24,000 nucleotides of DNA from Candidatus Pacearchaeota archaeon (GTDB lineage: Archaea > Nanobdellota > Nanobdellia > Pacearchaeales > GW2011-AR1). The translations under genes were made by a program, and so were the position numbers. Every line of letters begins with the position of its first letter. Position 1 is the first letter of the stretch. Shown piece after piece: positions 13,901-21,844 of this stretch. The notes beneath the pieces are model-generated. The model saw only the letters and a program-made list of their open reading frames with translations, was not told the DNA's origin and did not search any database. The DNA lies in NCBI GenBank assembly GCA_041659945.1, contig JBAZXH010000001.1:363395-387394 (forward strand). The letters are read 5' to 3'.

Positions 13901-14623
13901 ATGGTAAAAGAAGAATATGAACTGATTGGCGGAAAGTATGCCCATTTGAGTAGAAATGATCCCTTGAAAACTTATGTTCAATATCCTGGATTGATAAAAC
14001 TTCTTGGAAATGTCAAAGGCAGAAAGGTTTTAGATATTGGGTGTGGAGATGGGTTTCTTTTAAGCAGAGTTGCTAAAAAAGGAGCCAAAGTTGTTGGTTT
14101 TGATGTTTCCGAAAAACAGATTGAACTTGCAAATGAGAATGAAAAGAAACTGGGGCTTGGAATGGAGTTTTTTTGTTCAGATCAATTTAATTTTATTTAT
14201 CCTGGGAAATTTGACTTAGCTTTTTCGAATATGGTTATATTTTATGCAGCTAACTTTGATGAATTAGTCCAATTTTTTAAATGCGCCTTTAATTCATTAA
14301 AGAGCAATGGAAAATTTATCTCTGTTGTTTTGAATCCAGATTATAAAAGGTTCGGAGAGTTGCATTATAATAGAAAGGTAATACTTAATGGAAAAAAGAT
14401 GAGAACAGAGTTTTTTATTGATGGAAAATTTAGTTTTAGTACAGATTTTTATTCTTTTTTTAGCAAACAAGAATATGAGAAAGCAGCTCTTAAAGGAGGT
14501 TTTTCTAAAATAGAATGGAAAAGTTTTAAAATTGAGGCAAAGGGAATTAAAGAGTTAGGCAAGGATTTTTGGAGAGGGTATAAATCTGATCCGTTATATA
14601 GTGTTTTTGTTGTTAAAAAGTAA
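13901..14623 (+). CDS. class I SAM-dependent methyltransferase
   Basis: Motif I VLDIGCGDGFL is followed by VVGFDVSEKQIELA and a Rossmann-type pattern. Substrate unknown. Confidence 0.85.
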   Translation: MVKEEYELIGGKYAHLSRNDPLKTYVQYPGLIKLLGNVKGRKVLDIGCGDGFLLSRVAKKGAKVVGFDVSEKQIELANENEKKLGLGMEFFCSDQFNFIYPGKFDLAFSNMVIFYAANFDELVQFFKCAFNSLKSNGKFISVVLNPDYKRFGELHYNRKVILNGKKMRTEFFIDGKFSFSTDFYSFFSKQEYEKAALKGGFSKIEWKSFKIEAKGIKELGKDFWRGYKSDPLYSVFVVKK

Positions 14624-14671
14624 TTGTCTTGATTGATTCATTAGCTTTATAAATAAGCTCTTCTCAAGGTA

Positions 14672-15205
14672 ATGATGGTAAAATCAAAAGACAATAGGGA
14701 GAATTGTGAAGAAGGATGTTGTGATAGCTTTTTTGAACATGAAGAAAAGGTTAGAGAAGAGTATGAAAAATTGTGTACTAAATATGGCTTAGTCAGTTTT
14801 AAAGAGTTAAATGAGGATTTTGATATTGATGTGAGTGATTTGAATATTGATACTCCTTTGCGTGATGTAAGAAAGGCTATGGTTTTGAAATTTTCTGGAT
14901 TTTTGAATTTAATTGAACTTTTGTTAAATCCCACAAATGGTCAGATGTTGAATATGTTCATGTCTAGAGGTATAGGTGTTGAAGAAAAAAAGATTTTGGA
15001 TAAGCTTTTTGATATTCTTGGAGAGATTGTGATAAGTTCGCTTAGTTTGGATTTGGAATATTCAGAAAAAAAAGAAGCAGAGTTTATTAAATCCAACTTT
15101 AAGAAGTGGCAGGAAGTTAAAAAAGATGCTCTAGTTGTGATAGGTAAAATTCAGGATAGCTGGGGTAAAAAAGAGTTTAAGAAAGAAAAGAGTTATTTTG
15201 GGTGA
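14672..15205 (+). CDS. hypothetical protein (177 aa)
   Basis: ATG ORF with core-like Lys/Glu-rich composition and N-terminal CEEGCC. No recognisable domain. Its 3' end overlaps the convergent PIN gene by 13 nt. Confidence 0.55.
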   Translation: MMVKSKDNRENCEEGCCDSFFEHEEKVREEYEKLCTKYGLVSFKELNEDFDIDVSDLNIDTPLRDVRKAMVLKFSGFLNLIELLLNPTNGQMLNMFMSRGIGVEEKKILDKLFDILGEIVISSLSLDLEYSEKKEAEFIKSNFKKWQEVKKDALVVIGKIQDSWGKKEFKKEKSYFG

Positions 15206-15858
15206 GGGTTAACTTTTGATGGATCAAAGTTTCTATAAGCATCAAATTTTTTTCTAAGATAAAATGGCAAATTATTTCCTTCAAATAACCTACATTCTAA
15301 ACAAAGACTCCATGCCTTGCCTATGTCGAAATCATTTGAAACTAAACAAACAGGACTTTGTTCGCCTAAAGCTACTATACCTGTAACTAAAAAATCCCAA
15401 TCAACATCGTTTAACTTACAAAGGTCTTTAATTCCTTTGCAAACTCCACTGAGGGTTTTATAATGCTCCAGAGTAGAGAAATCTAAAACTCTATTTGTTG
15501 ATCTAAGATACTCTATTAGTCTTTTCTTTGCTTCTCTTTCTTTAGTTATTATTTTACCCCCTCTTCGTAATGTATCTCTAAAATGTTTTCTATTGGGTTT
15601 TCTAATGTCACCAACTGCTAAGGTTGGACTAAGCAATGGTCTACCCCCTGCCGGATCAAGCTCTCCATATACTCCCTCGGGTATATAGACCCTCCCTGTT
15701 TCTTCTGCGAATTGTTGCATTTTTCTTGCAGAAGCTCTTCTGATCTCATTATATCTAATATCTGCTGGTAATCTTAAACCATCTAAATAAAAAAATGATG
15801 AAGTGTCTAAAATAACCATCTTATACCCTTTGACCAATTGCTCAAAACTACAATCCAT
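15193..15858 (-). CDS. PIN-domain-like nuclease (221 aa; may start at Met14, 15819)
   Basis: The acidic PIN quartet is in the expected order: MVILDTSSF, IPEGVYGEL, DVDWDFLVTGIVALG, LVSNDFDI. A ~70-aa basic insertion lies between the second and third elements. Confidence 0.6.
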   Translation of the reverse strand: MDCSFEQLVKGYKMVILDTSSFFYLDGLRLPADIRYNEIRRASARKMQQFAEETGRVYIPEGVYGELDPAGGRPLLSPTLAVGDIRKPNRKHFRDTLRRGGKIITKEREAKKRLIEYLRSTNRVLDFSTLEHYKTLSGVCKGIKDLCKLNDVDWDFLVTGIVALGEQSPVCLVSNDFDIGKAWSLCLECRLFEGNNLPFYLRKKFDAYRNFDPSKVNPHPK

Positions 15859-15860
15859 TA

Positions 15861-15913
15861 TTTTTCAGAATTTGTGAAGTTTTTAAGCTTTTATGTTATG
15901 CTTTTTCAGAATT
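15861..15913. repeat. two 12-nt direct repeats TTTTTCAGAATT (15861-15872, 15902-15913) between PIN gene and upstream gene
   Basis: Exact 12/12 match, 41 bp apart, in the 71-bp spacer. AT-rich, so significance is modest. Confidence 0.4.
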
Positions 15914-15929
15914 AAAACTTTAAGAATTT

Positions 15930-16274
15930 TTAAGCATTAGCTCTTTTATAATAAACATCTCCACCTTTGACTACTCTTCTAAAATCGCTACCTCTGACTC
16001 CTCTTCTAATTTTAGACTCAGATGATCCTACTAAAAGCTCTGATAAGTTTGCATATTTTAATGTACTATGGCCGGGAATTAAACCATGCTCATAGGCTAT
16101 AGTATAGCTATCTTTTGGACATCCAGGAGTATTTGTAAGAATTCCAGTATGGACTCCGGTTTCATTATCTGTGAGAATTACCCTTTTTCCTAAATTACTA
16201 ATAATAACTGACTTTCTTGACTTTTGAGTTGGACCAGTATTAACAGGATGATATTTACTTGCTTTAATTGTCAT
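15930..16274 (-). CDS. hypothetical protein (114 aa), upstream neighbour of PIN gene
   Basis: ATG ORF. The protein is basic and Gly/Thr-rich. No recognisable domain. Confidence 0.5.
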   Translation of the reverse strand: MTIKASKYHPVNTGPTQKSRKSVIISNLGKRVILTDNETGVHTGILTNTPGCPKDSYTIAYEHGLIPGHSTLKYANLSELLVGSSESKIRRGVRGSDFRRVVKGGDVYYKRANA

Positions 16275-16316
16275 TTCAGAGGCAAATTTGAGAAGTATTT
16301 AAAGATTATTACAGTT

Positions 16317-17945
16317 TTATTTTAAAATCTCGCTTAGATCAAATTCTACGATTGTTAGGGGCATTTTGATTTTGAAATTCTTTAGAATTTGAGGATGAAC
16401 CTCCCCTATAAAGCCCACTTTCTTATTGTTTATGAGTATATCTGCAACTCTTCCTTCTATGCAATAGTTATTAGTTTTACTTGTGTTTGATTGAGGTTTT
16501 TCTATTTTTATGCTGTGATTTAGCATTATTGCGAGGTAATTTAGTATTTGCTTAGCTTTTGTAAAGTTTCCTGGAGCTAGAGCTATTGAAAGATGTTCAT
16601 TTTCATGATAACTATTGTCAAATACTTTTCCTATTTCAAATATTTCCTGAGGATATTCTACGTCAACATTTTCTGAAAGAATTCTTAGAGCACAATTTGT
16701 GAGATCTGGGCGAAGGATGTTGAATTCTGTCTTTGAGTTTGGAATTTCAATTTGTTGTTCTTCGTTTAGATTTGACTTTTTAATTGCATCTTTTGTTGTT
16801 AAATGTAGATTTGATATTTCTATTAATCCTAAACCTGCTAGAATATCTGAAATTTTTTTCTTTATTATTTCTTTACTGTCTATCTGACCTATTGTTGAGA
16901 TTTGAGGAATTTGAGGAATGATTTTATCATAACCATAGGCAATGGCAATATCTTCTATTAGATCTACTTCGTGTAGGATGTCAACTCTCCAAGCAGGGCT
17001 ATAAACATAACCCTTTTTATATTCATGACCCATTTTTTCAAGAAATTTTTTTATTTCTGTTTTTTTAATCTCAAGTCCGAGAAGTTTATTTATATTATTA
17101 TAGTTTAATTTTGTTTTTTGAGGAGTCATATCTGGAATGTTTAATTTTTTTCCATTTCGTTGTGTACATTCAATTGAGTATATTTGTCCACCCATCTCTG
17201 CAAGAGAAGTTACAATGATTGTTAATGCTTTCTGAAGGATGTTTGAATCTGTTCCAGTTACTTCTATAAAAACATCTCTTGTTGTTTCATCTATTTTTCC
17301 CATATCATGAGAGTTTATTATTGGTGGCATTGACATTATTGATCCATTTGAGTCAATAAAAATAGGAAATTTATCCCAATTTTCACATAGGTGTCCATAT
17401 TCTCTACCAGTTGGATGTTTTGAAAGTATTTGTCTACCAGTTATTACTGTGGGATATTCAAGAGGTCTGAATTTAATCTGATCAGGATCCATTCCAATAA
17501 ATCTTACTGGAAATGATATTTTATTTAGAGGATAAAGACCGATACCTCCTTTCTTTCTATTTCTCATCATTGTTGCACCAAGTTTTTCTTGAACTTGTAT
17601 AATTTCTTTTATTCTTGCATCATTAAATTTAATACCTTTTACGATGCAAGCAAAGGCATAATGATATTCATCGGGCACTGATTTTTCAATAACTAGCTTG
17701 TAACCAGATTTTTCAATCTTGTACGTTTTTAGTCCAGCTCTTTTTCCACAAAATGCACTAAATTCTCTTACAAAACCTTGAATGGATAATAGGTCTGGTC
17801 TATTTGGGAAGACTTCTATATTTACATTTTCATCATCAAAAGTATCTAGAGGAGTTCCAAACATTGCAAGTTTGTGATCCATTTCATCGTTTGCTTTCCC
17901 AATGTCTTTTTCAAATATTTTTTTTGGAATTGTTAAAACTGCCAT
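16317..17945 (-). CDS. pheT: phenylalanine--tRNA ligase beta subunit (archaeal type)
   Basis: The 542-aa protein has the archaeal PheT layout (B3/4-like N-terminus with VFPNRPDLLSIQGFVREF, B5 region, C-terminal catalytic-like fold). Strong SD GGAGGT upstream. Same strand as pheS. Confidence 0.9.
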   Translation of the reverse strand: MAVLTIPKKIFEKDIGKANDEMDHKLAMFGTPLDTFDDENVNIEVFPNRPDLLSIQGFVREFSAFCGKRAGLKTYKIEKSGYKLVIEKSVPDEYHYAFACIVKGIKFNDARIKEIIQVQEKLGATMMRNRKKGGIGLYPLNKISFPVRFIGMDPDQIKFRPLEYPTVITGRQILSKHPTGREYGHLCENWDKFPIFIDSNGSIMSMPPIINSHDMGKIDETTRDVFIEVTGTDSNILQKALTIIVTSLAEMGGQIYSIECTQRNGKKLNIPDMTPQKTKLNYNNINKLLGLEIKKTEIKKFLEKMGHEYKKGYVYSPAWRVDILHEVDLIEDIAIAYGYDKIIPQIPQISTIGQIDSKEIIKKKISDILAGLGLIEISNLHLTTKDAIKKSNLNEEQQIEIPNSKTEFNILRPDLTNCALRILSENVDVEYPQEIFEIGKVFDNSYHENEHLSIALAPGNFTKAKQILNYLAIMLNHSIKIEKPQSNTSKTNNYCIEGRVADILINNKKVGFIGEVHPQILKNFKIKMPLTIVEFDLSEILK

Positions 17946-17994
17946 TGAGAACCTCCAGCGGGTTCTTCACAGTTCCAGCAACCCTTATATTTTT

Positions 17995-18360
17995 TCATTT
18001 TAAATTTACCTCAAAGAAATTTAATTGTCCTTTATATGGAATGGGATTTAATCTTTGTGGATTTTCAATTATAAAACCATAGTTTCCCCAGTAGGATGAT
18101 GCCAGGTGAAACTTTTTATCTTTGGCATGCTGAGTTTTATTTGTGTATTTTTTTACATCAATTAATTTAGCTTTGCCAACTATTGCTCCTTGAGGAAGAC
18201 TTTCAAAACCAAAATTTTTCATTGATTTTTTATCTGGAGTTTTTGAAGCATGGATTAGAAATTCTCCTCTAAACTTTGTATTCCATTTTCTTAGTTCAAT
18301 TTTCTTTTTACCTTGAACTATTAGTTCTGCAAAGGGTTGTTTTAGTGATAGGGCTTTCAT
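17995..18360 (-). CDS. ASCH domain protein
   Basis: MKALSLKQPFAELIVQGKKKIELRKWNTKFRGEFLIHASK is the canonical ASCH (PUA-like) N-terminal signature. Its start codon is 1 nt from the pheS stop. Confidence 0.8.
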   Translation of the reverse strand: MKALSLKQPFAELIVQGKKKIELRKWNTKFRGEFLIHASKTPDKKSMKNFGFESLPQGAIVGKAKLIDVKKYTNKTQHAKDKKFHLASSYWGNYGFIIENPQRLNPIPYKGQLNFFEVNLK

Positions 18361-18361
18361 T

Positions 18362-19891
18362 TTATTTTATCCAAAATTTAATTTTTCTTAGTTGAGAGAG
18401 ATCATTCTTATACATTTCACGAAGATCTTTAATTTCATAGTAATCCATGAGCATTCTGTCAAAACCTGGTCCCCAGGCTAATACTGGTATGCTTTCTCCA
18501 AGTAATGGAATTGTGACTTCTGGTCTGAAGATTCCTGCACCACCTAATTCTAACCAGATCTTTTTTTCTGGATGATAAACATCAATTTCTACACTTGGCT
18601 CGGTATATGGGAAATAACTTGGACGGAAACGAACTTTATCAAATCCCATTTTTTTAAAGAACTGTTGTAAATATCCTAGAAGGTGACGGAAATTTGCATT
18701 TCTATCAACAACAATTCCCTCTGTTTGATTAAATTCAAAACCGTGTTTCCAATCTAGGGTTTCATTTCTAAAACATTTTCCAACTGCAAAATATTTTTGT
18801 GGAAGAGGTTGTTTTTCGCTTTTTATTTTATTTAGTGTTTGTGATGAGAGACAAGTTGTGTGAGTTCTTAGCAGCATTTTCTTTGATATCTTTTCATTAA
18901 ATTCGTATTGCCATCCTTTGCTTCCTTTTATTTTTCCCTCATGCGAGTCTTTTATTGCTTTTACTATAGACTTATCTGGAAGAGTTGATTCTTTGTTTAG
19001 AAAGAAAGTATCTTGCATTTCTCTTACTGGATGATCTTGCGCTGTGAATAGAGCATCAAAATTCCAAAAAGAACTTACTAAAATATCTCCGGACATTTCT
19101 TTGAATCCCATTTCAGACCAAACTGATCGGGCATAGTCTGTTGCCTGATTGACAAACTGTCTTTTTCCGCCTGAAATTCGTGGAACTGGTGATTCGACAT
19201 CGTAACGTCTGAATTTTTTACCTTCCCATGAACCATTCTTTATCATTTCTTGACTAAGTTGTTCAATTAAGCCTTCATGATGGGATATTTTTTCCTTTAT
19301 AATTTGTTTTCCTAGATCTGTTAAATTATAGGTTATGATTTGTTTTTCGATTATTTCTATAATCTCTTTTCTTTCTTTTAGAGAATTAAGTGCAAATGCT
19401 TGTTCGGGTTTTAGTGATTCAAATTCAATTGGTAGTTGATCTAAAAATTGTTCTTCTAGACTTTTTTTGTCTATTTCACTTTTTTTTGCATTAAGAACTA
19501 ATTTTCCTTGCTTTAACTCTATTAGGGCTTTCTTTTTTAAAGCTCCAAGGGCTGCTTTGAACTCGTTATCACTGAGATTTGATTTTTTTGAGGCTTCATT
19601 TAATGTGAGATTATTTTCTTTTTCAACTAGAGTTAACAATTGTCTTTCTGGAAGGCCCTTTTTTGCATAATTTTTTCCATTTTGGCCAAGTTCAATTGTT
19701 TTTTTCTTGCTGACATTTAGGGCAATAATTTTTTTTGTGTTTAGAAACTCTAGAGCTCTCAGAACGCTTACTCTATCTAGGTTTGATTTTTCAATAATCT
19801 CTTCGAAATTGCTATTTAGAAAAGGCAAAATTTTCCTTTCTAGTGGTGATAGAGATTCTAATATTTCTTCAGTGTCTATCTCGTGGCTCAT
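18362..19891 (-). CDS. pheS: phenylalanine--tRNA ligase alpha subunit (archaeal type)
   Basis: N-terminal winged-helix repeats are followed by the class II core: HPVREMQDTFF, FRNETLDWKHGFEFNQTEGIV, ELGGAGIFRPEV. Confidence 0.9.
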   Translation of the reverse strand: MSHEIDTEEILESLSPLERKILPFLNSNFEEIIEKSNLDRVSVLRALEFLNTKKIIALNVSKKKTIELGQNGKNYAKKGLPERQLLTLVEKENNLTLNEASKKSNLSDNEFKAALGALKKKALIELKQGKLVLNAKKSEIDKKSLEEQFLDQLPIEFESLKPEQAFALNSLKERKEIIEIIEKQIITYNLTDLGKQIIKEKISHHEGLIEQLSQEMIKNGSWEGKKFRRYDVESPVPRISGGKRQFVNQATDYARSVWSEMGFKEMSGDILVSSFWNFDALFTAQDHPVREMQDTFFLNKESTLPDKSIVKAIKDSHEGKIKGSKGWQYEFNEKISKKMLLRTHTTCLSSQTLNKIKSEKQPLPQKYFAVGKCFRNETLDWKHGFEFNQTEGIVVDRNANFRHLLGYLQQFFKKMGFDKVRFRPSYFPYTEPSVEIDVYHPEKKIWLELGGAGIFRPEVTIPLLGESIPVLAWGPGFDRMLMDYYEIKDLREMYKNDLSQLRKIKFWIK

Positions 19892-19977
19892 AGAACTTAT
19901 GGGGGATTTTTGTTAATAAACCTTTTTATTTGTGAAGAACAATAATATATTTAAACTATGGATTGTTAATCTAGACT

Positions 19978-20466
19978 ATGGAAACAGATACTCGGGATGT
20001 TGGAGTTGATACTCAAAAAAAAAGTGCATTAAGTTATTTTGGAGGATATGGAGCTTTTCAAGATTATGTTTGGAATCAAGTACGTGAAGGGTTATTAAGT
20101 ATGCCAAGTGTTAGAACTTTTTTTGAGGTTGAAGAGGCAATTAATAGAACTATTACTCCGTATAGTCGAAAAATTGATTTTACAGATTTAGTAAAAAGAA
20201 AACAGCCTTTAACTAATAGAATGGTTGAAAGATTATCTTTTTTAACTTTAAATCATTATGTTGATCATATTTACCCTCCATTACAAAGAGAATTAACTAG
20301 TGAAGATAGACAACGTTGGGGACCCGATGCAGAATTATTTATAGAGTTAGATGCAAGTGAAGAGTCAGATGAAGAAACTAAAAGAATACTAGGAATTGAT
20401 AGTGAAGATCCTCCTTGGTTAAAAGTTCCTCCCAAGTCTAAGTCTTTAGCAGAAGTAGTTGGTTAG
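19978..20466 (+). CDS. hypothetical protein (162 aa)
   Basis: ATG ORF divergent from pheS. Non-core-like composition with an acidic C-terminal stretch. No recognisable domain. Confidence 0.5.
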   Translation: METDTRDVGVDTQKKSALSYFGGYGAFQDYVWNQVREGLLSMPSVRTFFEVEEAINRTITPYSRKIDFTDLVKRKQPLTNRMVERLSFLTLNHYVDHIYPPLQRELTSEDRQRWGPDAELFIELDASEESDEETKRILGIDSEDPPWLKVPPKSKSLAEVVG

Positions 20467-20522
20467 TTTATTTTTATTTGATAATAAGCAACGCTTTTAA
20501 ATTCACAATACTTTAGATTTTT

Positions 20523-21323
20523 ATGACAATCCAATTACCAAAGTCCTTTGATGTTGTTGGAAATATTGCAATTCTTAAGTTTGATAAAAATGAGAAAAAG
20601 GCTGAGAAGGTTAAGATTGCCAAGGAATTGATGTTTCAATTGCCTGCCATAAAAACTGTTTTGGAAAAAACTGGTAAGTTTAGTGGAAGGCTTAGAACTA
20701 TGAAAACTAACTTTTTGACTGGTGAGAAAACTAAAATTGCAACTTATCGTGAAAATGGGTGTATGTTTAGATTAAATGTTGACACATGTTATTTTTCTCC
20801 AAGATTAAGCAATGAAAGAAATGAAATTGCTAAGCTAGTTAAGCCTGGAGAAAAAGTTTTAGTTTTGTTTGGGGGAGTTGCTCCTTTTTCAATTGTGATT
20901 GCTAAGATGGCAAAGCCAAAAATTGTTTATTCTGTTGAGATTAATCGTGAAGCTTCAAAGTATGCTAGTGAAAATGTTCGTTTAAATAAATTAAATGAAA
21001 AAGTTATTGTTGTTCAGGGAGATGTGAAGAAAGTTATTCCTAGATTAGTTAAAGAGGGTAAGGGGAGACTTAAGTTTGACAGAATTGTGATGGCTAGACC
21101 GCAATTAAAAGAGACTTTTTTGAAATGGGCATTTATGGTTATTAAGAAGGGCGGAATAATTCATTACTATGGGTTTGCAAAAGATCATGAGGAAGTTATT
21201 AAGTCGATTGAAACTGAGGCTAAAAAAGCAAAAAAGAAAATAAAAATATTTCTGATTAAAAAAGCTGGAGATATTGCACCATTTAAGTATAGATGGCGAG
21301 TAGATCTGCGAGTCATGAATTAA
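20523..21323 (+). CDS. trm5: tRNA (guanine37-N1)-methyltransferase Trm5/Taw2 family
   Basis: N-terminal FDVVGNIAILKF, the SAM-binding stretch VLVLFGGVAPFSI and SVEINREA, with Met-10-like overall length and layout. Confidence 0.75.
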   Translation: MTIQLPKSFDVVGNIAILKFDKNEKKAEKVKIAKELMFQLPAIKTVLEKTGKFSGRLRTMKTNFLTGEKTKIATYRENGCMFRLNVDTCYFSPRLSNERNEIAKLVKPGEKVLVLFGGVAPFSIVIAKMAKPKIVYSVEINREASKYASENVRLNKLNEKVIVVQGDVKKVIPRLVKEGKGRLKFDRIVMARPQLKETFLKWAFMVIKKGGIIHYYGFAKDHEEVIKSIETEAKKAKKKIKIFLIKKAGDIAPFKYRWRVDLRVMN

Positions 21324-21331
21324 AAAATAAA

Positions 21332-21541
21332 ATGATAATTATAACAGATCATGCAAAAAAAAGGATGGTTGAACGGGATATTAGTTTTGAAATTATAAAA
21401 ATTGCTGTGGAAATGCCAGATTATACTGTTGATAAGGATGGGATGATTGAGGCTTTCAAAAAGTTAGACAATAAAACTTTGAAGGTAGTTTACGTCAGTA
21501 AAGATAAATTTATAAAGATACTAAGTGTCATGTGGAAATGA
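21332..21541 (+). CDS. DUF4258-family protein (putative toxin)
   Basis: MIIITDHAKKRMVERDISFEIIKIAV matches the DUF4258 H-A-x-x-R-M-x-E-R-x-I signature. The track ORF start (21293) lies inside trm5, so the ATG at 21332 is preferred. Confidence 0.7.
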   Translation: MIIITDHAKKRMVERDISFEIIKIAVEMPDYTVDKDGMIEAFKKLDNKTLKVVYVSKDKFIKILSVMWK

Positions 21542-21750
21542 TAATTGAAGTAGATAAAAATGCTGATGCGGCATATATATATTTTAGAGAAATTAAAGCA
21601 GGAGAGGTAGTTCAGACTATATCTCTTAATGAGGAAATTAACATTGATTTGGACAAAGATGGAATTACTATTGGAATTGAGGTGTTAAATGCAAGTAAAA
21701 ACCTTCCTTCTTCATCGTTTAAAGATGCTAAATTGATCAATTTGAATTAG
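21532..21750 (+). CDS. DUF2283-family protein (putative antitoxin partner)
   Basis: EVDKNADAAYIYFRE...INIDLDKDGITIGIEVLNAS matches the DUF2283 pattern (D-x-L-Y-I, D-x-D-G-x-x-x-G-I-E-I). It overlaps the upstream gene end; an alternative ATGA-coupled start is at 21538. Confidence 0.7.
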   Translation: MEMIIEVDKNADAAYIYFREIKAGEVVQTISLNEEINIDLDKDGITIGIEVLNASKNLPSSSFKDAKLINLN

Positions 21751-21844
21751 ATTTTCTATTACTTTTACTATAGTATTATTTAAAAAGGAGACTTGTTTTT
21801 TATGATTCTTCTTAGTACTTGAGAGGTTTAACAAAAGAGTTAAC

